In this document: piece by piece, positions 37,724 through 51,889 of the stretch
How the letters are laid out: every line of letters begins with the position of its first letter
How positions within the stretch are numbered: position 1 is the first letter of the stretch
Made by a program: the position numbers and the translations under genes
Notes under the pieces: model-generated
Seen by the model: the letters and a program-made list of their open reading frames with translations, nothing else
Told to the model about the DNA's origin: nothing
The model's database searches: none
Source of the DNA: Trichosphaerium sp. ATCC 40318
Lineage: Eukaryota; Protista; Tubulinea
DNA: 64,000 nucleotides
Assembly: GCA_038496445.1 (NCBI GenBank)
Contig: JALMLS010000577.1
Location: 744,001-808,000 of the forward strand
Direction: 5' to 3'

Positions 37724-38345
37724 TTATTTACAATCCGGAGTCTCAATAGTGATACGATCACTCGTAGATGACATAAAGTTGTTATAAGCGGGAGAGCACT
37801 TCTTGGGTCCTGTAGCCCAAACACAATAATATGCAATGTTTGAACTGTCTACATTCTTACCACACAGTTTGCTTTCAGTTGCTTTGATTGCCTTTTTCCT
37901 CTGTAAGCATTCGCCCAATTCTATACCATCACATGAACCAATTGATACATCGATATTTTTAGATTCAACCACGCATTTTTCGTTTGGTACACATTTTCCA
38001 TTTGATAGTTTGCAACCAACTCGTTCACTTGCATCTTCAACTGGAAGCTGTAAATGGAAAGTGCGGTTTTTTTGTAGTTACGAAAACGAGTTTCGAGAAA
38101 AAAAACGTACTGTTTTCGGTTTGTTTTGAAAACAGCATTATTGAGCAACTGCAAAAAAAAATGTGCAACGTGGGCATACCAAATTCAAAAGCGCCTTCAC
38201 AACAAGCTACCGATAAAGATTCGCATGCGCATACGCCCGTATTGTACTCATCACCGCTTATTGCGCCTGTACAAGTAAAAGATTGCAATGCAAGGCAATA
38301 TACAACGCATAAAGCAATGCACGATAATACGTATGTTTTAGACAT
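37724..38345 (-). CDS. Small secreted cysteine-rich protein
   Basis: Signal peptide MSKTYVLSCIALCVVYCLA; Cys-rich exons (ORFs 38037 and 37724); one intron. Confidence 0.65.
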
Positions 38346-38549
38346 TGTTTGAGCTAAATTCAATCACAAAACACAAAAAAAAAAGGGTCACAAAAAGTCG
38401 TAAGAAAAATAAAATAAATACGCTTTGTTTGAAATAAATAAATCCTGTTCCTTTTTTTTACTATACTACAATTCCCCAAAAATACCTTTACAATAGAACA
38501 ATCCAAAAGAAAAAACAAGCTTTTTTGCTTTTTCTTCCTTTCTGTTCTT

Positions 38550-39065
38550 CTACACCCAATCAGAAAATGCGCCCTTAGGCTTCGACTTGCGCTCTGTTAT
38601 CTCTCTTGCTTGTCTGAGTGATTTTGAAATATCGTGAGTGACAGTACGACTTAATCTTTTTCGTCGATTTGTTCTTGCCCTTGTGCGAACAGCCAGCCAC
38701 TCATCTTCTTTTTTTGGTGGCGCTGCAACTTCTGTAGAGCGTGTAACGCGTCTACGTCTTAATGCACGTGCTTTTCTTGCTTTAGCAGCCACTTGAGGTG
38801 TTTCAGTACTCGTAGATGTGTTACGCCTTCGTGTACCATCGTAATCCCTTGTTTTTGTGTGAGTTACGTCTTCGAAACTTGGTTCATCAGTAGTGTCCAA
38901 TTCTTCCTGGCGAGTCCAGTCATCTGTATTATAAATGTTTTGAAGCTCTTTCCATAGTTCTCTTGAATCTTTGGCGTGAGATTTCGATGTATTAGTGCGC
39001 TTTGATTTTCGCCGTGTTAGCTTCTTTCGCATGCTTCTAAACATACGAGAGCTTTTTTGCGACAT
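38550..39065 (-). CDS. Hypothetical basic, low-complexity protein (upstream exon likely)
   Basis: 171-aa Arg/Lys-rich ORF immediately preceded by a TAG acceptor. Confidence 0.55.
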   Translation of the reverse strand: MSQKSSRMFRSMRKKLTRRKSKRTNTSKSHAKDSRELWKELQNIYNTDDWTRQEELDTTDEPSFEDVTHTKTRDYDGTRRRNTSTSTETPQVAAKARKARALRRRRVTRSTEVAAPPKKEDEWLAVRTRARTNRRKRLSRTVTHDISKSLRQAREITERKSKPKGAFSDWV

Positions 39066-40108
39066 CTACAAAAACAATATTTTAATCAGGAGAATTCCGT
39101 TGGTGCTGTAGATGCTCAAAAACGTACTGTTGATACCAACAAAGGAAATGCGGTGCTGTTATAGCAGTAAATGTACCGGAAAATACACTAATTTATGAAC
39201 TTAAGCTTCAAGTCTTAAATAATCACTCACACCTGATTTAATATGTGATTGAAGCGTAAGTTGTGATGTGTGTAGTTATAAAAAAGGTGAAAAGGTAAAG
39301 GAAGAAAAGCTACAATGTCAGACAGTAAAAGGAATCAAACGAGTATACAAGTAAGAACAAGGTAATTATAGAGCTAGCAAAACACAGGTGCGACGTTTAA
39401 GAGTAAATTTTGACCCTTTTGGGCGGTGCTTTTCTATTTGTACTCCAATGCGTCCGGAGCGCGTAGAAGTGTAGTCTGTTTACGGATATACTGAATATCG
39501 GCTTTTTTTCAATTTTAGCGCTTTGTATGCGCTATATATCGCGTTAAACCTTTCAATATTCTAAAAAAAGTTTTCCAACAACTACAGCCACTCATGAAAT
39601 AACAATACACCCGAAAACGCAAATAAGGCTCTAGATTCCCTTGTATTTTTTGTTGTATCGTCTCTTTGATAACTTAGACTATAGCTCCTTGGTAAATATA
39701 TATATATAACAACACGTAGAGACAATTTTACGGTGATACGCTACAAGTGTTATGAAAACATTTCAAAGAAAAATCTGACAAACCAAACAAAAAAAAAATA
39801 TCGGACTTTCTCTTTTTCCGTGGTGCGCCGTTTTCTCCGGAAAGTGTATCTAGATAACACACTAGTTTCAAGCTACATTTTTTGTGTTTATGATTGTTGA
39901 TGGTGATAAATAAAGCGAGTAGAAGTCAGTTATATTTTTCGTTTTACGCTAGTTATCCTATCAAAATATACTTGTACATGTACATGAAAACTTTTTGGCA
40001 TTTTAATTTGTCGGTTTGTATTTAAAACGCATAAAAAATAAAATATATTCTGAAAAAACTACAAAAAGTAAATTTATTTTAACGTTTTAATTTAATATGT
40101 CAAGGTTG

Positions 40109-42405
40109 TTACATTGGCATTTCGCCTTTACTAGGTATGCCAGAATCTTTAAGAGATACGCCCGAAGCATTTGAACTTTTAAGTGCTTCACCTGGCGTTG
40201 ATTCTGCTCCAGACACTGTAGCATCCTCAAGAAGATTAGTACCATATGGGGCGTATACTTCAGTTTCTGCCGGTGTTTGTTCCTCTTCATCAGTGTAGCT
40301 TTCAGAACCTCTGGTCATCATTTCTCCCATTTTATGAGCACCTGCGGTTGCACCTGCAATTTCCCTAGTTCAGACGTCAGTGTAAAATTTTTTTCTTTTT
40401 ATTTCAAAATGTTTAGCACTCACGGTCCGGCGTTTTGTGATTTCCTCTTGTATCTATACACCAAAATAGCAATGACAATAGTTACTATGACAATAGCTAT
40501 GATGATAACAATAACTACAGCTAGAGTTAATCCCAGAGAAGACGAACCCCCGTCATCACTATTATTGTTGCTGCTAGCGATCCTACGAAAATATTTTAAC
40601 ATCAAAATAGACATTAATTTCTGTACACTGAAGGTTGTTCTGTAGGTCCTTCTGTAGTTTGTTCCGGGACAGGAGCAGCTGTGGTTGTAGGTCCATCAGT
40701 TGCCGCTTCACTAGGTTGTTCTGTGACTTCGGTTGGTGCTATTGTTGTAGCTATAGACTCTTCTGTAGGATTTACTGGAGCGTCTGTTGGAGAATCTGTA
40801 GGACTTGCTGTTGGGCCAACGGTTGGAGGTGGTGTTATCATTGGAGGTAGTGTAGTTTCAGGCATTGTGAATCCTGTAGCTGTTGCCCATACTACTCCAA
40901 AATCGGTTAACTCTTGTGCTTGTCCATGTCGAACCAATTCTATAAGTTTTGGAATCGGCTACAAAAATCACGTGAGTTCTCCAAAAAAGAAACTTACAAA
41001 AAAATAACCGCATTACTTACGTTTGTAAGTTCAAAAGCAATATTAACAGTATCGCTCGCTCTTTTAAAGCCGTAAGTACATGTGTCATCAAAAATGACAA
41101 CATTTTTAGACTCCAGTTCCAACAAAACGGCAATAACCGCCCGTAGTACAGCTTACAAAATAAATGTTTAGCAATATAAAGAGATAATTAGATTACCTGG
41201 ATTTTCTGGACATGTGTCAAGAACGAGCAATGCTGATAGTGCTGGTGTAGGCATGACTGTTGTAGGTCTTTCTGTTGGAGCTATTGTTGGTGGTACAGTT
41301 GTTGGTGGTAACGGGGTAGGAGCTAGTGTTATAAGTTCCACCATACAGTTGTAACTAGACGGTTGTTAGAAATATATTGTGCACTCTTAAGTTATCGGCA
41401 CCTGCATCCATCGCCACTTCTTGTATTTCCATCATCGCAACCTTCAGTCCATTCTTCTATATTGTTACCACAAGTTGGCTGTATGTATTCTAAAGAATAC
41501 GTCAATTCGTTTATGGAAAAATTTCCAAATATTGATGTTATTTACGAGCTTTGGCTGAGATTCCAACTCCATAATTGGGTGTAGATACATGCGTAAATGT
41601 GCGCCATTGATTATCGGGATTTATTGATTCTGTCTTTATCACAGACCTGGCGAAAAACGTGTAAGTATAGCGGCCTCAAGACATATCGGTTTTTTTTTTG
41701 ACTGTACTGTCTGTTATCATCATCCCAAATTATCCCTGTATTAAACGTGCATACATTGCCCGTATCTTCTTCCCATGCGTCCAATAAAATATTAAAATGC
41801 ATAGGTTCTCCTGTTGTACAAACAAGTCAGATAAATTGTTTTAAATAAAAATGTCCACGCGACAGTCCATGCCTTTTCTAATTGTCTGTTGAATCCTATT
41901 TACAAAATGTTACTGTTGAGTTTAACGAATGAGGTTTAAAGTCTCCACGTGCTCAAATTTTGTAGTATTTATGTAACGTACGACCGTGTGGTTAATTCTA
42001 CATTCTTGTTCCATACTTGTGAGTTTTGGAATACAGTTAGCTTCTCATGAAAGCATCTAAGAGAGCCAAATTAGAAAATACACGTGAACTTTTTTTGTAG
42101 ATAGTCGAACCCGGAAAAACTATTACGTGGTTTCTGCTGATGCAAAAAACCCACTGGTGTTTATTTATCACGTGATAAATAAGGTTTTTTATATAAAGTG
42201 TAATAATACAATTAGGACGTTACCTTCTGTTCGGAAAATTAGCCAAGATGATCTCTTTGAAGGAGACAATAAACGAAACTTCTTGGTTTAGCTCAAAATC
42301 AAACCCAATACCACCAGCGGTTAGAGTGTCCACACGCAGTGTAAGTAGTACATATCCTCCCGTACATATTTGTACGAGCAAAAGGAGAAGGGCGGAGGAG
42401 CGCAT
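40109..42405 (-). CDS. Type I membrane surface protein with a Myxococcus-type Cys-rich repeat (DUF4215-like), Thr/Pro stalk and TM helix
   Basis: Signal peptide MRSSALLLLLVQICTG; CGNNIEEWTEGCDDGNTRSGDGC|S..NCMVE; PTT-rich stalk; TM LAVVIVIIIAIVIVTIVIAILVY followed by RYKRK. Confidence 0.75.
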
Positions 42406-42783
42406 GTCGCAATTAAATGGTGAACAATATCAAAAAAAAAAAAACCATGTGTCAAACCTGTTCAAAACAAAATTATCTACTTGTCGTATCGTTTTTTCTG
42501 ACATAGCTTTGCTTATCTTACGCCTACACAATACAAATTGTCCCTACTGAGCGTACTTCTAGTGCATTTGGTTGCCGTTTTTTTCAGCTTGATCTGATCA
42601 ATTCGTACGTGTATGCTACGTTTGCGTATACGAAAAAAGATGCGAATGGCAGTCTTTTTAATACTGGTCAAAGTCAGACAAAATTGCTATTTTCTGACGA
42701 TCAAAAAGTACTCACAGCTTTAAAAAAGGATAAATTCTACTTTGAGTACCAGTAAATCGCAGGGAAATGTATAAGAACCTAAG

Positions 42784-43651
42784 ATGGCGGGATGTAAGGT
42801 AGTATAGCACTAATATGGACTCACTGTAGTAGCTGGAGGATCCAGAGGTCACTTTAGATTCAATTGTGGTTACTCCGCATTTATTACTCAAGTTTGAAGC
42901 GTATATGCAGGAATGCTGCGCACCAGAGGGACTGTAGTACGTCAATAATGCTCATTAACACTAGCCAGTGTATTATGAATACTCAAATTGAAACTTACTT
43001 CGTAGTTACTATCTTGCAACAAGGAGATTATCAGCCACGAAGGACCCAAACACTCAAACGATGATACTAGAGGACATTGCAAAGCACTTCTTTTCTCCAG
43101 TTCAGGTATTTACTTATTACGGTCATCAAGTTTTCTAAAACGTTTTAGCTACCACTGAGGCGCGCAACAAGCGATCCTATCGTTAGTATGATCAAAAAAA
43201 AGGAATTCTCCCCCACAATGTATAAAATCAATTACTACTCCTTTAAAACCATCCAACATCAATCAATTTCGCTATCTAGCATACTTTTACTGCATCGGAC
43301 ATTTTTTAACATTTTTCCGTTTTCAGGTTCAACAACGCTACATACGAAGTAAAGAATATACTACAGACAATGTTATTAGACTTTACAGAAAAGATAATGA
43401 AACAAGACAGCAATGCAAGTAGTAATATTTCGCCACCGAAACGTAAAAACTCTAAAAAGACTAAAGAAAAGAAGTCTCCAATAAGCGAATCAAGATCACG
43501 TCGTAGAATGTCAGCAAAGCAATCAAAACATGATAATTCTTTAAGAAAAGAAGTAGCTGAACTAAGAGCAACTGTATTCCGTTTACAGGGAAAGCTTAGT
43601 GCAATAGAGAAGACTGGGCGTATTAATAGTCGTAGACCGCTGAGTTCATAG
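42784..43651 (+). CDS. RGS (regulator of G-protein signalling) domain protein
   Basis: Spliced LDSIVVTPHLLLKFEAYMQECCAPEGLYYYLATRRL...ILEDIAKHFFSP|LPLRRAT...PTMFNNATYEVKNILQTMLLDF matches the RGS helix pattern. Confidence 0.7.
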
Positions 43652-43984
43652 CAAAAATCCAAAAAAAAAAAAGAAAAAAAAGAGAAAACTTACCCTTACA
43701 CCTTATGGCCGGTGATGAGGATGGGTGTTTTTTAATACCCCTCCACAAGATAAATTAATCCATTAAAAGCCATTGTACAGAATGTATTATACAATAAGAG
43801 GTTGGAAAAACAATAAAACGACGATGGATAAATTATGTTGTTAGGTAAGCTTGCTGTGCTGCTTAGTATGTTGCCTCGAGCGCTCCATCCTGATAATGTT
43901 CTTACTACATCAATAACTCTACTATTTGTACACGTTGGAAGCAATAACAATGTTGTTGTGGTATGGAATTAAGTTTAATTAGGG

Positions 43985-46337
<2,353 letters not shown>

Positions 46338-46713
46338 CAAAAATATATCAAAGCGTTAACTCCTCTTTCAAGCTTGTTTTGTAGTGCGTTCATCAAATTG
46401 TAATAACTGTCAATAGAATTCTGCAAAAAAAGGAAAATTACTTGTTCAAATTACTGCGCTACAAGGAAGTCTTTCTTATAATTTCGTATTTACAAAGCAG
46501 TACAATTATGTTGTGATACAGTTCAATAGTTTTTCTTTTTGTTTGTGTTCTCATAGTGAGCGTAAGGGTAGTCTTTGCAAAAGAAAAGAAAAAAAAACAC
46601 CTAGGTTTGATCATTTTTTCTTGTTTCGGATTGCTTGCGACTGCTACTCATGATTGTCTTAATGCGATATGCTCTTCCTTTTGGAAAATAAGCTCTATTT
46701 TTTTAGTATACAA

Positions 46714-49349
46714 CTAAGAACCAAACCATGATCTGACTTTACTAATAATTGGCCTCTGATGTAATTTGTTAGCTTTAATCGTGTAACAATATTAATTGGT
46801 TCCTTACCCTAGTTCGCACATCGTTCGTATTTATAATAACTGAAAGAGTAGGTGATACATTAAGTGTCAGATGTAAAGGCTCTCGGTTATACATGGTAAG
46901 GGTTTCGGATTGATCGAGACTCTTGATGTTGTTGGCAACAACCACTGTAAAAAAAAATTAATAATGAATTTGATTGAGGCGCTTTTGACTTACTGGCATG
47001 ATTCTCAGCATTTGAAATAAGCGACTAATATGCATAAGGAAAGTAAAAGATTAAATCACACATATTTATAACATACCTCCTGCTCAAGCCAAACAGTGTT
47101 ACCACAAGCAAACATATTAGGATGATTCTAAAAACATTAACAAAAAACCAAGAAACCCGAAAGACGAATGTAGACAAATACACATCAAGGTATTAAATTG
47201 CATAAAATAGAGGATACGTACTTGAACTTGTAAGTAATCATTGACTTTAATATGTCCCAGATTATTCAAACAGTCAGGCATGTTTTTTTCCAAATATGCT
47301 GTATTTGGTTTAAAACCAACACAAGTAATAACAAGATCAGCAGGTATTTTTGTTTCTACAAGTAATTAATTAGCGATCAAACCAAGTAACGTAAGAAACA
47401 AAGACTTACTGATATCAGTTTCTGCAAACTTTAGAGAGTTATAGTACCGCGTGATACTCTGACCAAGGATGACATTGCAGTTATCTATTCAAGAAAAAAA
47501 ATAAGATTAAAGATTGGCTATGAAACACGTACGTCTCTTCAAATACTGTAAAACAATCTTTCCAGCATCTCGCGGCAACCTGTGTACTAACGTAGGAGAC
47601 CGAGATATGAGCGTTATTTTTTTCGCAGGGAAGGCAATAGCTACTTTGGCAGCGACTACAACAAGTTAGTTTGAAACAAACATTAATTTAAAACACACCC
47701 TCCACACCAATCAGACCTCCTCCAACAATTAAAACTGACTTACAATCTTCTTCAGCAATTCTAGACCGCACTTTGGACATTTCTAAGGTAATAAGTACAG
47801 GACTGAATAAAATGTTGAGTTCTTACCTTCAAAATCCATACAGTTTACAACACGGTCACCAGTTATGGTGTCTGGTATGTTACATCGTGATCCTGTAGCT
47901 AGAACCAAGTACTATGTAATTTAAGGAGAAGCACACTTAGCGGTTATTCGCACGTCAAAAGGTATAGCGGCCATGAGACGTCCATTTGAAATGAGTAAGC
48001 GCTCATCTTTTATACTCACAAGTTCTGCTTGTGTAAATTTCCCATTTTTTAAAACCTGTCACTTTTAAAATCACGTGATAATATTTTTCAACATACCATA
48101 TCAAGATCAGCTTGTACTTCGTTGGCTCGAGATGGTGTTGAAATAAGTGCGGGCAGTAGGGGTTTATATTCAAAGAAAGGGCTTATTATTGTTAATGAAT
48201 AAACAAAAAGTATGCACATCAACAAAATTTTAATGTTCCCTATGAGACTTGAACTCACAACCTTCTGTGTATTAGACAGATGCTCTGACCGATTGAGCTA
48301 AGAGAACTTACTGGTATATTTACTGTTATTGCGGCAAAGCGGCCGAGAGTGGAGTCAAGGTAAACACGTTTTTCAAAAAAAAAAAAGGAAAAAATATCGT
48401 CGATGAATAAGACGACGTATTACTGCATTCTTCAATGGACACATACCTCTTGTCAACTAGTGTGACATCAAAAAAATCATCTAGTAATTTAGCAACCATA
48501 CACCCACCATATCCTCCACCAACGACGACAACCTTTTTTTTTTCGACAAATTGATAAATGTGCCTTCCACCTGTAAGACGAAAACCATTAATAATGTTCT
48601 GGCACGCAATATTCGTATTGCAGAAACGCGAAACAAGTGTCAATACGCACCCACTTGGAAGAATTCTTCACCAGTTGGCTTTTTGAGCCTTCCACTTTCT
48701 GCCATAGCCTCGCAAATCAGTATAGATTCTTTTCTTGATACATTTAGATTGCTTTTTAGCCATTCCATAGCAATCGACGCTAAACTATGTTAAAATGAAT
48801 TGTCTTTCTGGCAATTCGCCTGAAGGATGGCGTAAGTACCCGTAAAACAGTTTGGGTAAGTTCTCATATTGTGCGTGACTTCTTTCCTCTTGAAACCAGT
48901 TACAGAATCTCTCACGCGCCGTATTAGGGACCCCATTGCCTGTACGCTATTATTTTAAACTACAACTTATCTAGTACCCGTGGCGTAGCGAAATACACTT
49001 CATAGTTAGGTCTACCTGCGTTTCTAACCATCCGAAGCAACGTTTGGCACACCAGCTGGCAAATAAACCTTAATATTGTAAATCGCCTAAACTACTAGTG
49101 AGAGTAGTATTGAAGGTACCTATCGGCCGGATTGGTCAAAAAATCAATAATCATGCGCCATAACGCTTCAGGGAGTATTGCAAGTCCTTCAGTCTGCACT
49201 ATGGTATTCTCCATCACACCAGAGTTTCTATAACGGCGTGTGAATCGAGGCGACTGTTGGTTTTCCCCAAATTGAGAGATTTCAGGCATAGGTTCACGTG
49301 CTTCTCTTCCCGGGCCAATTCTCATTACTGGTACAGAGGTGTAATACAT
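46714..49349 (-). CDS. F-box + DEP domain + FSP1/AMID(AIFM2)-like FAD/NAD(P)H oxidoreductase
   Basis: F-box LAILPEALWRMIIDFL...CQLVC; DEP THNMRTYPNCFTASIAMEWL...SRKESILICEAMAESG...HIYQF; Rossmann motifs VVVVGGGYGG, YLVLATGS, LIVGGGLIGVE, ADLVITCVGFKPNT. Confidence 0.82.
48234..48307 (-). tRNA. trnI-AAU: tRNA-Ile(AAT), intronic
   Basis: GTTCTCT-TA-GCTC..GAGC-A-TCTGT CTAATAC ACAGA-AGGTT-GTGAG TTCAAGT CTCAT-AGGGAAC-A. All four stems fold, with two G-U pairs. Confidence 0.8.
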
Positions 49350-49738
49350 TGTAGATACAAGCTGACCTTGGTTTGCAGTCCTTATCCACGTTTGTACCGC
49401 TTCCTTGTGTCCGCCAATTAGAAAAACGGTTGATCTGTTCTCTTTTTTAATGTATGTTTACTAAATAGCGTAGTAACCGAAGGTACCCTCGTTCACTGAC
49501 GTCAGTTTGTTGGCGAGCAGTTAACTCAGTTCAAAAAATGCGAGTTTTCATTAATGGCAGTACCAAAAAATGTAGAAAGTATGTAATTAACAAACGAAGC
49601 ATTTATAAGTAAGTAACACAATGCCACTATTATAGTGTAGCAGTATAAGCTTGTACAATAGAAGTGTAGCGTCACAATAAACAAATACTTTTTATGAAGT
49701 TTAGTTTGCATACTTTACCAACTGAGCTGTAGAAAAAA

Positions 49739-49811
49739 CTCCCGACGAGGGTCTCGATCCCTCGACCGTACGGTTAAGAGCCGTACGCTCTACCAACTGA
49801 GCTAGCCGGGA
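49739..49811 (-). tRNA. trnK-CUU: tRNA-Lys(CTT), copy 1
   Basis: Identical to 50082-50154 on the opposite strand; followed by a T6 terminator. Confidence 0.92.
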
Positions 49812-50081
49812 CTTGTCGATGTTATGTTTATGGATTTAAGTGAATGGTATAATTAAAAATACAATTGACGCTTTTTAAAGAATTAGTAATATTTGTATTA
49901 GGTAAAGTTGTCTCAGTTAATGTAGTGTACACGTAGCGCCCCAGCACTGGTTGGTACTGTATCATGCATGAAAAATGCAAATCAAAACGCAATGCACTTG
50001 ACTTTGTTTGCGTAAACGAGATAGGAAAATTATATTTTAATTATAGGATTCACTTAAATCCACAAACATAACATCGACAAG

Positions 50082-50154
50082 TCCCGGCTAGCTCAGTTGG
50101 TAGAGCGTACGGCTCTTAACCGTACGGTCGAGGGATCGAGACCCTCGTCGGGAG
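50082..50154 (+). tRNA. trnK-CUU: tRNA-Lys(CTT), copy 2
   Basis: TCCCGGC TA GCTC AGTTGGTA GAGC G TACGG CTCTTAA CCGTA CGGTC GAGGG ATCGAGA CCCTC GTCGGGA G, then TTTTTT. Confidence 0.92.
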
Positions 50155-50636
50155 TTTTTTCTACAGCTCAGTTGGTAAAGTATGCAAACTAAACTTCATA
50201 AAAAGTATTTGTTTATTGTGACGCTACACTATTATACACTTATACTGTTACGCGCTTTATTTGTTACATATTCTCCTCTAATTTTGTTTACCATTTATCG
50301 CGTTAACGCTTTATTTTGCGTTTACAACGCCAGTTCTGTTCTACCTGAACTGCCAGCCACATTGAATGCCTCAAAACGCTTCTCGTTGTCCATAAATGCT
50401 TTTTTATGGCCACCTACAGGTACCAACGCTTATTTATAGGTATAATATATGTACGTGCCTCTAGCGCTATTTGGCGTAACGCAGTTTACTGTGCGTATTT
50501 ATTCGTTGGCCGCAACCTTAGCGTACCTGTGATAGCAGTTATATTACCCGGTAATAGTCACGTGTCACAATTTGTACTCTTACCAAACGTAGTACGAATA
50601 CATAAAATGCACTAAGTCAACTTGACTAAACGTTGT

Positions 50637-51566
50637 TTATTCACGGAATACTTCTTCTGTTTGTACCAAGCGTATAGAACAACTATCGTACGAACTTAGG
50701 TGCAGATACCATGACACGTTTCTTGCAAGCGACATGCTTTGTTTAGAACCATTAGGGAACCGTATAAGTAAGCAACATTGCCGACAATCAAGTCGAAGTT
50801 TTATGGTTCCAAAACAATCTGTACCGACATGTGTACAAAACGACCCTCTATCGTAGCTTAAGTTGTTGGACCACCCAAAGCACGTCTTCAATTGACGAGA
50901 GTTACTAGTCTGAGCGTTCCTATCAGCGAACCCTAGAACGCCAACCATTAAGTCTCCATTAGTTAAGCTGTCAATAGTCCACTCTATAATTCCTACTTTA
51001 TGGCTTCTACTACTAACAACAGCACCTTTGCCGAGGATAATCAGATCGCCATCACTTCTTGTAGTACCATGTAAATGCTCTAGATGTTCCGTAATACGCA
51101 TACGATCGCGTACAAGCCCAAAATAGTTACAAAGTTTCGAAAATTCCATATCTTCCCTAACACGTTGTAAAATAGTACCAGAGATATTCTTATCATTAAA
51201 CATAGCCATAGAACGTAATGCTTTTAAAATAACGGTAAAATCAACAGGATCAACGTCAAGAAACACGTGACCATCTTTATCTCTCACGTGACGAGCTTCC
51301 CAACGACCACTGAACATGATACTAAGCAGAGAATCTTTTACTTGACACAAAGTCCTTCTCGTTGTTGTCATAAGCGTACCACCAACGTTCAACGTTATAA
51401 TATCATTTGCAGGTGGTTTGTTGCTCTCAGTTGCCAATTTCAACTGTTCTTCTGCTAGTTTACTCTTCTCCGCGGAAATACGTCTTGCTTCTTTTGATAA
51501 CTTGCGTTTCTGAGCGTTTAACGCTTCTGTAAAGGACTCAAATAACTCTTCAAATTCTGCGTCCAT
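50637..51566 (-). CDS. Intronless KCTD-type BTB/POZ (T1) protein with coiled coil and SPRY-like C-terminus
   Basis: IITLNVGGTLMTTTRRTLCQVKDSLLSIMFSGRW...DGHVFLDVDPVDFTVILKALR. Confidence 0.88.
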   Translation of the reverse strand: MDAEFEELFESFTEALNAQKRKLSKEARRISAEKSKLAEEQLKLATESNKPPANDIITLNVGGTLMTTTRRTLCQVKDSLLSIMFSGRWEARHVRDKDGHVFLDVDPVDFTVILKALRSMAMFNDKNISGTILQRVREDMEFSKLCNYFGLVRDRMRITEHLEHLHGTTRSDGDLIILGKGAVVSSRSHKVGIIEWTIDSLTNGDLMVGVLGFADRNAQTSNSRQLKTCFGWSNNLSYDRGSFCTHVGTDCFGTIKLRLDCRQCCLLIRFPNGSKQSMSLARNVSWYLHLSSYDSCSIRLVQTEEVFRE

Positions 51567-51889
51567 TTTAGAACTAACGAAAGCTTTTCTGGACGTATGG
51601 TGGAAAGAGGAGAAACGTATTTGTCCGATTGGTTTTATTGAAATGTGCTATCTAACGATAAAAACAGGTTAAGTATTTCGATTACAACAACTTAATCTAT
51701 AAGATCGCTAGCGCCAGAACAAACATCTTGCTGTCTTCTAACTGCCTATCGGTGTGTAGCCAGTTTTATTTTGATGTACCCACATCAATCTCCAAATGTT
51801 ATGTTAGGTCTCAAATGAGTACCAAACGATGACACTCGCCATAGTCTTTTTTATAATTTTGGTTATGTTACCTAAAACAGCCGCGATCA

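Larger units (their letters stand above)
49641..50247. repeat. Inverted duplication (arms of about 220 bp, spacer of about 160 bp) carrying the two tRNA-Lys genes
   Basis: 49641-49866 is the reverse complement of 50028-50247. The tRNA and about 75 bp downstream are identical; the upstream flanks have a few mismatches. Confidence 0.93.

Noticed and set aside
49526-50439. Two ORFs starting MQTKLHKKYLFIVTLH
   Set aside because: By-products of the inverted duplication downstream of the tRNAs; no coding signature.
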